Assembly (NCBI GenBank): GCA_964016885.1 | Contig: OZ024743.1 | Span: 174,220,001-174,284,000, forward strand | Direction: 5' to 3' | DNA length: 64,000 nt | Source: Eledone cirrhosa | Taxonomy: Eukaryota | Part shown: positions 49,101 through 58,693 of the stretch, one piece after another | How positions within the stretch are numbered: position 1 is the first letter of the stretch | How the letters are laid out: the number at the start of each line of letters is the position of its first letter | Translations under genes and position numbers: made by a program | The notes under the pieces: generated by a model | Databases searched by the model: none | Told to the model about the DNA's origin: nothing | Seen by the model: the letters and a program-made list of their open reading frames with translations, nothing else

Positions 49101-51842
49101 GTACAAGGAAAAGGGTGTCTGTGGTACTTTTTACCTGACACAAACCCAAACTGCATTTTGTCTAGATCAATTTGCTCTCTGATTAGTTGCGCTATAACTT
49201 TTTCTGTGACCTTCATGACCTGGTCAATTAATTTAATGCCTTTATAGTTTCCTCTATCTAGTGCATCTCCTTTACCCTTGTAGCAGTTAATGATGATGCT
49301 GCTACGCCAGTCATTTGGTGTGACCCCGTTCTGTATGACTTGGTATACTATCCGGGTGACCATAGTGTGTCCCACTGTTCCAGATGCTTTCAGCATTTCA
49401 GCAACTATCTCCGAAGGCCCAGCTGCCTTGCCTGTCTTCATATCTTTGATTGCCTTACTTATTATACTACTTTCAACTTGCACTGCTGGTCCCTCTATTG
49501 GATCAATGTGGGGCAGACTATCTTTGTCCCATTTATTCTCCTCATTTAGTAGCCTCTCGTAGTGACACTTCCAAGCTACCTTCTTATCAGCGTCAGTGAT
49601 GGCAAGTACACCATCATCATTATGGACAAACTTCTCGCTGGCAATATCCCGGTTTTCCTTGACACATTGCCTAGCAATCCTGAACACCTCACATTTTTGG
49701 TCCTCGCGTTGTAGAACATGCTTGAACTTTCTTTCCTCTGCTTCCCTTCTTGCAAAGTACACTTGTCTCCTAGCTTCCCTCCTGGCCACTTGATAGTGTT
49801 CTCTACTTCCCCCATCCTGTCATACTTTCTAAGCCTGCTTTTTGGCCTTGATTGACTCCTCCACCTTACTGTTCCACCACCAAGTTACTCTCCTCCTGCC
49901 TATAGGTCTGCTCCAGCCACAGATTTCATCTGTCGCCTTCAGCAGGTTAACTTTCAGGAATTCCCACTGTTCCTCTATATTGTACGACTCTAATTGCTCT
50001 TCCTTACTGTCAAAAGCATCAAGTAATATGCTTTTAAATTTGTTACTAGCTGTGGGGTCCTTAAAATTCCATATTCTTCTCCTTAGGGTAGTCCTCCTCT
50101 GTTGTTGAGTACGTCTCATCCTGACTATGAGGTCGCTAACTATGAGGCTATGTTGGGAGGTGCATTCTTCATCGGGGAGGGATTTAGTGCTTACAACAGA
50201 CACTCTGTCACGTCTTCTGGTAAGGATATAATTTATCTGACTGGCGTGTTCCCCTGATCTATAGGTGATCAAGTGATTGTCTCGTTTTTTGAAGTTAGTG
50301 TTACAGATAGTTAGGTTATTTGCGTCACAGAATTCCAGGATTCTGGAGCCTTACTCATTTCTAGTACCAAACCCATAGCCTCCATGGATTCGTCATAGCC
50401 GTCACAATGTTGTCCAACATGACCATTTAGGTCGCCAGCAATAATTATGTAGTCACTGTTGGTTATTTGGGAGGTAGTGAGCATTAGTGACTCATAAAAT
50501 CTGTCTTTTATAACGCCAGGCAGTCCGGATTGGGGTGCATACGCGGATATTATTTTCACAGTAGTTCTATTTAGGACAAGTCTTATTTAAATTATTCTGT
50601 CGTTCACTCTATTATCTTATCTACCCATTTTTCTGCTAGCATGATTCCTACTCCACCCAGCCCATTGTCATTTTATAGCATCATTTTTTACCCACAATGA
50701 ATCTAGCAGACCCACCCCTCCACCTGGTCTCTTGAATTCAGCAAACATCAACTTCCTTATGTTCAAGCATATCTACAATCTTGTTAGAACGACCTTTTAA
50801 AGTGCCTACATTTATGGTACCAACTCTGAAGTTTTGGCTGAGCACTTCACAAACACGTATACCCATAACATAATTCTCAGAGAGATTCAGCATGACACAG
50901 GATGTGCCAGCTGAGTGAACTGGAGTTGGGTCCATAACTTCTATGGATGACCTTGAGCCAATCCTCTGTGAAACCTAAAATACATGTAAACAAAACTTCA
51001 TTTTTCTTACTATATATATATATATATACATGACCTGTAACATAGTGGTTTGGCTAACAGAAATTGAGAAAATAATACCAGGCTTGAAAAAAAATCATTA
51101 GTACTGAGGGTGATATGATCAACTTAATCCCCTGAAGTCAATAAAAGAATTAAAAAAAGAAATGTTTTAAAGAATCTCTTAACCATAATTACAGAAATTT
51201 AATAAAGGATTTATTGAAAGTTGCTTTTAAACTGCTTCAACATAGGGCTTATATGAATATGGCTGGTGTATGTTCAGTTACCACAGGCAATGATGTCCAA
51301 TTTTTTAAATCTCTAGGTGCTATATGCCCATCTAATTTGTCTATTTTCATAGTCTAAAAACCAACATTGAAGTAGTTTACTTTTTTACTCTAACCATTTA
51401 GCATTTAAACTGGCATATCCAGCCAGAATTCTCTCACCTCTTTCTGTTCAAACCAGCCATAACTGGCCACTCATACTGACATTAAGCTATTGTTCTCAAA
51501 ATAAATAACATCATCAAAATCTTGTAGATTCCATATTATGTAAGATAGTTAATGTGAGATAAAGCCTTTACCATGAAAATATAATAGTAATGTAAATGCT
51601 AAAGGGTTAAGCTAACATACTTTTAAAAAATTCAAAATCTGCTCAATGCTTCTTAAATACAATTGATTCTTTGTTTAATAAAGAATGTTTCTTTGTTTCA
51701 GTTGTCTAGCTACAAGAGACCTCGCCACATCCAGTTTGTTGATACTTACCCAATGACTGCCACTGGTAAAATACAGAAATTCAAAATAAAAGAAAATTTC
51801 AAAGAAAAATTCAGCCCAGGGACAATTGGAGATGTGAATTAG
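19078..51842 (+). CDS. ACSF2: ACSF2-like medium-chain acyl-CoA ligase (AMP-binding family), multi-exon gene span: 14 coding exons found, about 576 aa, first exon missing
   Basis: The spliced exons give a continuous frame with AMP-binding motifs [36 protein letters not shown] and TATGKIQK. All introns are GT-AG with compatible phases. Confidence 0.93.
19399..19626. mobile_element. TTAA-flanked MITE (piggyBac-like); a similar element at 51394-51606
   Basis: ttaa|ctcattcaacacagggttttt ... aaaaacctgcgttgaagcag|ttaa. Confidence 0.55.
20563..21349. mobile_element. 5'-inverted RTE-clade LINE insertion: 3' end on minus strand (20563 to about 20885), RT segment on plus strand (about 20881-21349), 11-bp TSD
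   Basis: Minus: LNVSWREH...[10 protein letters not shown] plus (GAT)n. Plus: KAFDSIHR...GVLQGDTL...YADD. TSD tatttctatat at 20552-20562 and 21350-21360. Confidence 0.88.
21409..21537 (+). CDS. ACSF2: ACSF2 exon B ([43 protein letters not shown])
   Basis: taatag acceptor, gtaaat donor, [10 protein letters not shown] motif. Confidence 0.93.
22554..22890 (+). mobile_element. SINE family A copy
   Basis: Near-identical to 16103-16447. Confidence 0.9.
23270..24778. repeat. Minisatellite, about 48-49-bp unit (tatttagctgctatttctagcacacctatggaccaccatgaggttcccc), about 30 copies
   Basis: Direct reading; some units carry an extra gctgatgta. Confidence 0.93.
24850..25145 (+). mobile_element. SINE family C (head shared with family A, tail ...ctttctaggtgcaa..ccatggtcattcatgaccga). 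Copies at 27388-27775 and 42908-43212
   Basis: Three dispersed homologous copies with a tRNA-like head. Confidence 0.75.
25876..25929 (+). CDS. ACSF2: ACSF2 exon C ([18 protein letters not shown])
   Basis: ctttag acceptor, gtaaga donor, VNPAY...ELEY motif. Confidence 0.92.
26942..27289 (+). mobile_element. SINE family A copy
   Basis: Near-identical to 16103-16447. Confidence 0.9.
27550..27636 (+). pseudogene. Degenerate duplicate of ACSF2 exon D embedded in a SINE
   Basis: caggtaaatatgaaagacattgtgatatc...cagttaataccagactcgcacacattcactccaggagatatcaa aligns to 27850-27962 with two deletions. Confidence 0.85.
27853..27971 (+). CDS. ACSF2: ACSF2 exon D ([40 protein letters not shown])
   Basis: ctacag acceptor, gtaaac donor, ends in phase 2. 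Confidence 0.9.
29273..29712. repeat. (ACC/ACT)n trinucleotide low-complexity tract
   Basis: Direct reading. Confidence 0.95.
29795..30074 (+). mobile_element. About 280-bp repeat with hammerhead-like motif (Penelope-like pLTR). Rearranged copies at 40189-40475 and 52173-52639; diverged end at about 21738-21880
   Basis: Shared gaccctcccaaagtataacaatatc and cagataagaaatcttgcaaaa blocks. Confidence 0.7.
29853..29895 (+). ncRNA. Putative minimal type I hammerhead ribozyme
   Basis: GTCA-CTGAGGA-G-GTCACA gcatg TGTGAC-GAAA-GAGC-TT-TGAC: stem I, core, stem II, GAAA, minimal stem III, UH. Confidence 0.6.
30115..30162 (+). CDS. ACSF2: ACSF2 exon E, 48 nt ([16 protein letters not shown])
   Basis: tttatag acceptor, gtgagt donor, phase 2-2; fills the expected L..L..IIS segment between exons D and F. 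Confidence 0.82.
30205..32940. repeat. Intronic satellite, 33/43-bp unit family (gtgacatgat-gtgacatggtagatgagatagtattgtggtagt), decaying to about 33310
   Basis: Direct reading; source of the His/Thr-rich minus-strand ORFs. Confidence 0.95.
33612..33729 (+). CDS. ACSF2: ACSF2 exon F ([12 protein letters not shown]...[13 protein letters not shown])
   Basis: tttcag acceptor, gtaagt donor, [10 protein letters not shown] motif. Confidence 0.93.
33915..34170 (-). mobile_element. Degenerate RTE-like C-terminal fragment; homologous copy at about 45300-45570(+)
   Basis: Shared ctgctacttctccaaattga.agatcacagctctgatactatg; R..GRP..RW.D-like region. Confidence 0.6.
34559..34654 (+). CDS. ACSF2: ACSF2 exon G ([32 protein letters not shown])
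   Basis: AMP-binding P-loop, tatag acceptor, gtatgt donor. Confidence 0.95.
35736..35884 (+). CDS. ACSF2: ACSF2 exon H ([19 protein letters not shown]...LEAVQEER)
   Basis: PLYHCFG motif, ttttag acceptor, gtaaag donor. Confidence 0.95.
36474..36642 (+). CDS. ACSF2: ACSF2 exon I ([20 protein letters not shown]...GVMAGSLCP...MPKMM)
   Basis: LYGVPTMF motif, cattag acceptor, gtaagt donor. Confidence 0.95.
36680..37010 (+). mobile_element. RTE-like LINE C-terminal fragment
   Basis: LYG...W...LKLYGHIKR...[22 protein letters not shown]. Confidence 0.8.
37795..38137 (+). mobile_element. SINE family A copy
   Basis: Near-identical to 16103-16447. Confidence 0.9.
39175..40125. mobile_element. (TA)n-flanked element with 379-bp direct repeats (39175-39553 / 39740-40118) around a 186-bp core
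   Basis: Five mismatches seen between the copies; TA tracts on both sides. Confidence 0.75.
40718..41958 (-). mobile_element. RTE-clade LINE, 5'-truncated, open 284-aa C-terminal frame with PHD-like finger; 3' UTR copy at about 45661-45952(-)
   Basis: ORF 41095-41949 (SKTKVL...FRYL...[10 protein letters not shown]...[11 protein letters not shown]...GRPRKSW); (GAT)n tail. Confidence 0.92.
42033..42680 (+). mobile_element. Non-autonomous Helitron
   Basis: 5' TC (tctatatatataaaactggg), 3' hairpin cccgtgcaacgccggg then CTAG, inserted between A and T; three internal repeats of cccgcattaggtgaaaa. Confidence 0.85.
42760..42867 (+). CDS. ACSF2: ACSF2 exon J ([15 protein letters not shown]...GQVLHHTE)
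   Basis: YGSTE motif, tttcag acceptor, gtatgt donor. Confidence 0.94.
43225..43395. repeat. 24-bp tandem repeat (tatattttataccattgtgagata), about 7 copies
   Basis: Direct reading. Confidence 0.9.
44274..44422 (+). CDS. ACSF2: ACSF2 exon K ([31 protein letters not shown]...GWYATG)
   Basis: GEL..RGY..M..YW motif, taacag acceptor, gtaaga donor. Confidence 0.95.
44930..45155 (+). mobile_element. RTE reverse transcriptase internal fragment
   Basis: [20 protein letters not shown]...[12 protein letters not shown]. Confidence 0.8.
46013..46154 (+). CDS. ACSF2: ACSF2 exon L ([34 protein letters not shown]...HPKVKEVQ)
   Basis: [16 protein letters not shown] motif, ttgcag acceptor, gtaagc donor. Confidence 0.96.
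46948..47058 (+). CDS. ACSF2: ACSF2 exon M ([19 protein letters not shown]...DYCIEH)
   Basis: VVG.PD.R.GEE motif, ttatag acceptor, gtaagt donor. Confidence 0.95.
47508..50836 (-). mobile_element. Near-full-length RTE-clade LINE (APE endonuclease, RT, PHD-like finger), disrupted by frameshifts and stops
   Basis: [63 protein letters not shown]; (GAT)n tail at 47508. Confidence 0.93.
51702..51842 (+). CDS. ACSF2: ACSF2 terminal coding exon N ([31 protein letters not shown]...DVN*)
   Basis: tttcag acceptor, catalytic-Lys motif TGKIQK, TAG stop at 51840-51842. Confidence 0.94.
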   Translation: MSSYKRPRHIQFVDTYPMTATGKIQKFKIKENFKEKFSPGTIGDVN

Positions 51843-52108
51843 TAGAGTCATGAACATCAGCATTTGTTCTATCTCTCTTGTGCTCTGAGTTTAAATCCTG
51901 CCAAGGTCAACTTTCATCATTTTATGGTTGATAAATAAAGTGCTAATCCAAAGGTGGAATTGTTAAAGTTGGACAGGATGCTTTGCAGTTCTATGCCTTC
52001 TGAATTAAAATCTCATCTCCTGTCAGAAGTAGCTACTGGCAGACAGTATCAGCAATGGAAAGATCAATGGAAACTATATTTCCTTCATTTGATTTGACTA
52101 TCAACTCT

Positions 52109-52175
<67 letters not shown>

Positions 52176-53398
52176 TTTCTGAATTTGTTTAGCAAGATTC
52201 CTTATCTGAAAATGTGTATTGAAACCGATATTGTTATACTTTGGGAGGGTCATGTTGCCAATAAGAAACACACGCACCAGTTGCTTTCACTCCAATTTAT
52301 TATAAATTAAATTTATAAATTTAAGAATTTATAAATTTCCGGTTGGTTGGTTGGTTCCACAACCGGACAGTTGAAAAACAAGATGGCGTAGGACAGAACA
52401 AAGGAGAGGCACAAAAACAAAGAAAAGTAAAGAATCCACAGTCACTGAAGAGGTCACAGAATGTGTGACAAAAGAACTTTGACAATATATGAACAACTGT
52501 CCGGTTGTGGAACCAACCAACCAACCGGAAATTTATAAATTCTTAAATTTATAAATTTAATTTATAATAAATTGGGGTGAAAGCAACTGGTGCATGTGTT
52601 TCTTATTGGCAACTTGACCCTCCCAAAGTATAACAATATATATATATATATATATACATAAAATAGCTACCCAAATATTCTGATTATTTTACAAATAGAA
52701 ACTATTTGGTATTGTCATTTACACTTTCACCTATTTTGTCTAGACATGAGCTAGAAATTGCTCAGTTCTCTTATTTTTATGTTAATCATTCATCATTGTC
52801 ACAGTTTAACATCTATTTTTCATGCTTGCATGGGTTAAAATGGCTGTCACATACTGAAGTTAGACTGTTCAGGTGACGTCTTGTTCATGCACTATAATTT
52901 TGGGGGTGGTTTTCCACAGCTGGATACCCTTCCTAACACCAACCACTCTACAGCTTGTACTGGGAGCTTATTTGTGTGACACCAGTACTACCACCTTATA
53001 GGGTGGACTGGGTGCTTTTTGTTGTGTCGCCATTCCATTTGTTAACTCTTAACATTATGTATGACATAATTTTGCACAAAATAAAATTCAAACTTACATT
53101 CATTTTGAAAGAAGTAAAGAACTCTCTAATGTATTTTTTCTGTTGTTCATTTTCACATTGAAATAAACCATTGTGAGTGAATTTTATCAAATTTTATTGT
53201 CTATTTAACCCCCAGAGAGGCTGCTAAACATTCTGTTAAATATGACAACAAACATTGATAATTTGATTGACTAATTAATAGTTGATTAGAATATTTTGCT
53301 TGTAATATATATTTTTTAAAATATTATAAAATAAAAGACCCCATGATGAGTATAATCGATATTAAACCGTCCCTAGTTTTATGATACAAAGCTGGGGT

Positions 53399-53429
<31 letters not shown>

Positions 53430-53649
53430 TTAAGGTATACATTTATCTAAAAACCTTCCATCGTAATTTCTGGTACTTAAATATGATCTATTTTATAACC
53501 CAGAAGAGCCGAAGACAGTAGTATAATTAAAACTGCGGTGCTAAGCCCTGCCTTAGCAAGGGAAATAACCTTAAGATGCTTGTTTGTCTTTGTTTTCATC
53601 ACCATCATTACCGTTTAACGTTGATTTTTCACGATTGCATGAGTTAGAG

Positions 53650-53919
53650 CAGTGCTACTCAAAGTGGTGGTCCGCGGCCAGTGTCCAGGCCATGTTAAGG
53701 AATCATTTGAGAAATTTTTTTTATTACTTTTTTATATGTTTTGATATTGTATTATTTGTTTACAAAATAAATAGAAGATAAAAAAATGGTCAACTATTAT
53801 TATATTTATTATATATATCGTTTCCGGTATAAATTAATATTACTACGAAATATTAGCGGTACGTCGCACATTGAAAATAAAATGCCGGTCCCCCACATCA
53901 GATAGTTTGAGAAACACTG
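53650..53919. mobile_element. hAT (Charlie/Buster-like) MITE
   Basis: TIRs cagtgctactcaaa / tttgagaaacactg; perfect 8-bp TSD agttagag. Confidence 0.85.
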
Positions 53920-53994
53920 AGTTAGAGGATTTGTCACATTATGAGACAAATCAAAAACTGTTTCCGGTTTGGTTTCTATGGTTCGATGGCCTTC

Positions 53995-54360
53995 CTAATG
54001 CATGGTATAGATTGGAAAGAAATGAAGCAACCATGTTCTGTTGGATGAGAATGTAAATGTGAGAGAAAGGTAGAGTTTGGACGAGATGAGGGAGAACTGG
54101 GTTTAAGAGGAATCTGAATTGGTGTGGACATGTGATGCACACGGACAATGACTGCTAGGTGAAGAAATGTCAGGAATCCCAGTGGAAAGAAGCCGCAGTA
54201 GAGGATGACCAAGAAAGAACTGGGCAGAGGTTGAAAGTAGGCCTCAGATCGCTAAGACTAGCAGAGATGACAAAGGAATGCGACAAGTGGAGAAATGCCG
54301 TGCTGAGAAGAACCCGCCCAACCCATGCAAGCATGGAAAAACGGACGTAAAAACGATGAT
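53995..54360 (+). mobile_element. Degenerate RTE 3' fragment; another at about 58790-59525(+)
   Basis: RLERNEATMFCWM, W.GHVM, tail cccatgcaagcatggaaaaacggacgtaaaaacgatgat. Confidence 0.7.
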
Positions 54361-55240
54361 ATATATATATATATATATCATACATATATACATACATATT
54401 CACTTATATATACATACATCCGTAGCAGTGATTGAACTCTTGTCCTGGTGTTAGCAAAGTAAGTCAGTAAGACCACACATACTGACATACTTACTTTATC
54501 ATCAATAAACTCGTAGCAGGTTATTAGATTAAGAAATATATTTAAGTAGCGAATCTGGTTTTTATTCCATTACCTGTGTGATCAAGGTAAATCACTTACC
54601 CAAGGAATCATCACATCATTCATAAAAAATACTGTAGCTCATTTGCACACACAAAATCTCTGGTCACACACACAGATACATCAATCTTCCTTCGCCTACA
54701 CGCTACATAATGGTGACCACATCACAAAGGAATTCAGAGGTGAAGACGACAATCAACACAACATCGATATATCTTCACTCGCTACAATCTCGATTACTTC
54801 TATCGCTACGCACATATACATACTCACACATATCCATGTATATGTACGTACACACTTCATCTTTTCATGAATTCTGCGATATCACCAGAAAGAAGAAGTC
54901 TAGGAAGTCACCTGTTCCAGACATTCCTCTGGAGCTAATCTCAGACCTGCCACCCTCTAAATACCCACACGGGGGTACCATGAACAAAAGTGCCTCAAAA
55001 CGGGGGAAAAATGAGGCAAAATTGAGAGATTTTACATAATTGTTTCTACGTTAGGCACAAGGCCAGCAATCACCCCAGTACATTACTGGTACTTTATTTT
55101 ATCGACCCCGTAAGGATGAAAGGCAAAGTTAACCTCGGTGGGATTTGAACTCAGACCGCAAGGGACCGTAACTCTATGCTGCAAAGCATGGCGTCCGGCC
55201 CTCTACCGATACTGCCAATCCACCGCCCTACATAATGGTT

Positions 55241-55890
55241 TCTTTATTAACAAGGGTTTACACAAAGTAAGACATTAAGGACAATATAGGACGGTACAAA
55301 TTGGCATTTCTGCGTGTTAAAAAAAAAAAACAGGATGTAACAAAAAAGAAACAATGAAAAATTCCCTAATAGGAGGGAGACTTCCGAGGGACATTCGCGG
55401 AGAAAGCCCATTAAAACAGCCACGGTGACCCTGTCCACCAGGGCAAGTGCCCTCTCCCAGTTTTCCATCTTTAATTTACAGGCACATACTCAGAGTAGGT
55501 CCATTCACTCGGGCCATTCTTGCCTCTCACCCATCTTTCAACAAAATGCTGGGAAGAGAGCACTTCCCTCTCTACCCTGATTTTCCTTTTTAAATGAAAT
55601 TAAAAAAAAGTTAATCAGGGCATCACCAAGGAGGTAAGTGCTCCTTTTCAGCCCTTTCAAACGCGTCCACCATACTATCTCTTTCGCCATGGCCACCAGA
55701 CAGATAAAAACTGCCTGCCCTTTCCGGCTAAAGGAAGAGGGCGGGGCAATCCTAACGATGGACTCAGCTGATAGCCGGATCCGTCCAACACGCGACAGCA
55801 GGTGTTCGACATAAACCCACAAGTCAGCAATGCTCGGACACTGGACGAGTGCGTGCAGGACGATTTCGTCGCTCTGCGCGCATCTTGGAC
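55241..55890 (-). mobile_element. L1/Tx1-clade LINE 3' fragment
   Basis: Minus-strand CPRCAQSDEIVLHALVQCPSIADLW (CCHC knuckle) ...AKEIVWWTR; terminal aataaa. Confidence 0.8.
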
Positions 55891-56123
55891 ATGAAAGCTA
55901 TACCTGTTTTCACAAGAGACATCTCTCAACCACCCAAAGTGAGTGGGTGATCTCCCCGTCGGACAGGGAGAGTTGACAGGTCTGTAATTTTTAAGGGTGA
56001 TCACAGCATTTGTAGAAACTACTTTCCTCACTATCATAGAGAATATCTTTACCAGAATACTGCTCAACCGTCTCCTAGTTATCCGCTAGTAAGTGTTGCT
56101 GGCATCTCAGTGTGGGTTTAGAG

Positions 56124-56480
56124 CAGTGTTTCTCAACCTTTTTGACCCCAGGGCCCACTTTTAGCTCCCGAAAAATGTCCGGGCCCACTTATTTTACAAG
56201 TATAAACTAGTGCTCAAAAACTATTCCGGACTATAACCCCCACACGATATATATACTAGTGCTTCTCAATCTTTTTGTTCTTCCGGCCCACTTTACTCCC
56301 TAGAAATTGCCAGGGTCAGTGCTCAAAGAGCATTCTGGAACACTTACCCCCATATGATCCCGACTGCATTTAAATTTTGTGTGATCTTAAGTTCCAAGAA
56401 AGTCTGGAAAAATGTCCAGGCCCACTGAAATTTCTCCGGGCCCACTGAGTGGGCCCTTGGCCCACCGTTGAGAACCACTG
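56124..56480. mobile_element. hAT (Charlie/Buster-like) MITE
   Basis: TIRs cagtgtttctcaac / gttgagaaccactg; perfect 8-bp TSD gtttagag. Confidence 0.88.
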
Positions 56481-56819
56481 GTTTAGAGCCTTCAGAGGAA
56501 CAATTGCTATGATTTTCAGTGCCAGGCAGCTGCAAGAAAAATGTAGAAAACAACGGAAACCACTCTTGTTTCTATGTGGATAGTGCTAAGATATAAAGGA
56601 AGAATCGACTCAAGTACTAGACTGGTCTTTTTTTTTTATCACACCAGAAAAGACGAGCGCCTGAACGAATACTGCATAACATTCCATTCGACGTTCTAAC
56701 TACCGAAAGGCAATATGATTAAGCACTGTGAGGATATATATTCTGAGGGATTGAGAAATCAGCTTACACCGCTTCAAGACTATTTTAATCTCTTATTGGG
56801 AGAGTGCAGTTATTTACAA

Positions 56820-56829
56820 CGCACGTGTT
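56820..56829 (-). promoter_or_regulatory. Extended Myc-type E-box (AACACGTGCG on minus strand) about 95 bp upstream of the UTP6 ATG
   Basis: Exact CACGTG core at 56822-56827 in CpG-poor DNA, next to a ribosome-biogenesis gene start. Confidence 0.55.
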
Positions 56830-56923
56830 AGGAGAAGAATTTGTTAAACAGATTCCAGGTATCTTTTTAATTGGTTTATTTCATTTATTTTATATTCGGT
56901 GTTGTTTTTGTGAATAATCAGAA

Positions 56924-58693
56924 ATGGCGGAGTTTGTGCAACAGAAAATTGAGGAAATGATTCCAGAAATGGAAGAAATGGTGAGAACTAAACTTTTCAC
57001 TAACGAGGAAACCAGCAAAATATTGAAACGGCGACGGGCTTTTGAGTACAAAATAAAGAAAATGAAAAAATCACTACCAGACCACGTTGCTTACATACAA
57101 TATGAACAGAATGTACTATCGCTAATTAGAGTTCGTCGCCGCCGACTAAGATTGAAATTGAAAGTTTACGATATTGATGTTGCTATAATTAAACGAATAC
57201 ATAGATTGTTTCGGCAGGCGACGAAGTATTTTCCGAATGACATTCAAATGTGGTTATCCCATATAGATTTTGCTAAAAAGAGAGAGCAAAAAACCACTGT
57301 AAGTCGTATTTTCTCCAAAATGCTTCGCTTACACAACCAAAATTCGAGTCTCTGGATCCTGGCTGCTAAATACCATTTTGAAAACAGTGAAATACAACTT
57401 GCACGTAAGTTCTTTCATCAAGGATTGAGATTTAACAATACGTCTCAAACTCTTTGGTTGGAATATTATCGCTTGGAACTCCTTTGTTGCGATAAGTCTC
57501 GCAAGAGATTAGATGTTCTGGGAATTACTTCCGAGGAAAACTCGAACTCCAAACGTTCAACAATTAATGGCGAAATTGCATTTGTCGTATTCAAAGAGGC
57601 ACACGAAGCTATCTCGGGTGACGTCAGTTTTTTGCTGAAGTTTCTGCCAATTTGTCGCTTATTCGATTTTACTGAACATCACGAAGAGGAAATATTTACA
57701 TTGTTATTAAACCAATACAAAGATAGTGAACTGGTGTGGGATGCTCTCTCACGACGAAAGTTTTATTATGCTGCCAAGGGGTATAGTAAGTCTTTAATAC
57801 CTTTAAACGTATACCGAGATTGTTTCGAAAGCTATGAAAAGGCTCTTGAAGTAAAATCTACCTCTATTATGTTCACTTTATATTTGGAGTTTATGTTCGA
57901 GCAACTACAAGAAAATAATAAAAAATTAACTGATTACCTTAACGAACACATTTTAACTGTTTTTGAAACGTATTATACAAGACATTTGATTTCTGCTGAT
58001 AATTTCTTAAAATGGCTACAGTTTCAATCTGATGTTGGATCTGCAAGTAAAGCATTGAAAACTGCTGAGCTCGGTGTGCAAAAATTCCCCACAAATCTGA
58101 GAATTTGGCATGAATTTTTGGATCTTCAAATATTAAATAATTTCGACTTTGACACAGTTTACAGTTCATTCAGAAAAGCCGTAGATAACATTCTTTCACT
58201 GGACACTTGGCCATTATGGAAATCTCTTTTAAATTTTGCTAAAAAATGTGAATCCCCAAAGATTGAATCAATTTTTCAGCAAGGTGTTTTACAACCTAAT
58301 GCAGACTTAGTAGGTAAAATACATACTGACTATTTGAAATGGATTTACAACACTGGTGGAATCTCAGAAGTGAGATCAAAATATAAAGAACTAACTAAAT
58401 GGAAACCCATTTCATTGGATTTTTACAAAGAATTTATTGCTTTGGAAAAGTCACAGGAGAATCAAAACATAGACAGTCTTCGAATTATTTATGAAGATGC
58501 TGTTTGGGAATATGGTCAACAGGTTCCTGACATTTGGCTTCAGTATATTGACCTTGAGTCAACTCATCCTAAAGGGAAGATAGAACAAATTTCTAGTCTC
58601 CATTTTAGAGCTATAAAAGATTTACAGGGCGAAATGTTTGAAGAATTTAATCTAAAATACACATTAATCAGAACGGGTCAATACAAAGTCTAA
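56924..58693 (+). CDS. UTP6: U3 snoRNA-associated protein 6 homolog (HAT-repeat SSU processome subunit), uninterrupted 589-aa ORF
   Basis: The N-terminus MAEFVQQKIEEMIPEMEEM...LFTNEE...ILKRRRAFEYKI and YIQYE, followed by HAT repeats (MLRLH...LWILAAKY.FE...ARKFF.QGLRFN...LWLEYYRLEL), are characteristic of UTP6. Confidence 0.93.
   Translation: MAEFVQQKIEEMIPEMEEMVRTKLFTNEETSKILKRRRAFEYKIKKMKKSLPDHVAYIQYEQNVLSLIRVRRRRLRLKLKVYDIDVAIIKRIHRLFRQATKYFPNDIQMWLSHIDFAKKREQKTTVSRIFSKMLRLHNQNSSLWILAAKYHFENSEIQLARKFFHQGLRFNNTSQTLWLEYYRLELLCCDKSRKRLDVLGITSEENSNSKRSTINGEIAFVVFKEAHEAISGDVSFLLKFLPICRLFDFTEHHEEEIFTLLLNQYKDSELVWDALSRRKFYYAAKGYSKSLIPLNVYRDCFESYEKALEVKSTSIMFTLYLEFMFEQLQENNKKLTDYLNEHILTVFETYYTRHLISADNFLKWLQFQSDVGSASKALKTAELGVQKFPTNLRIWHEFLDLQILNNFDFDTVYSSFRKAVDNILSLDTWPLWKSLLNFAKKCESPKIESIFQQGVLQPNADLVGKIHTDYLKWIYNTGGISEVRSKYKELTKWKPISLDFYKEFIALEKSQENQNIDSLRIIYEDAVWEYGQQVPDIWLQYIDLESTHPKGKIEQISSLHFRAIKDLQGEMFEEFNLKYTLIRTGQYKV

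Noticed and set aside
53337-53400. Hammerhead-like string ATGATGAG...ATACAAAGCT
   Set aside because: Core C3 and G12 are both absent; may be only a simple hairpin
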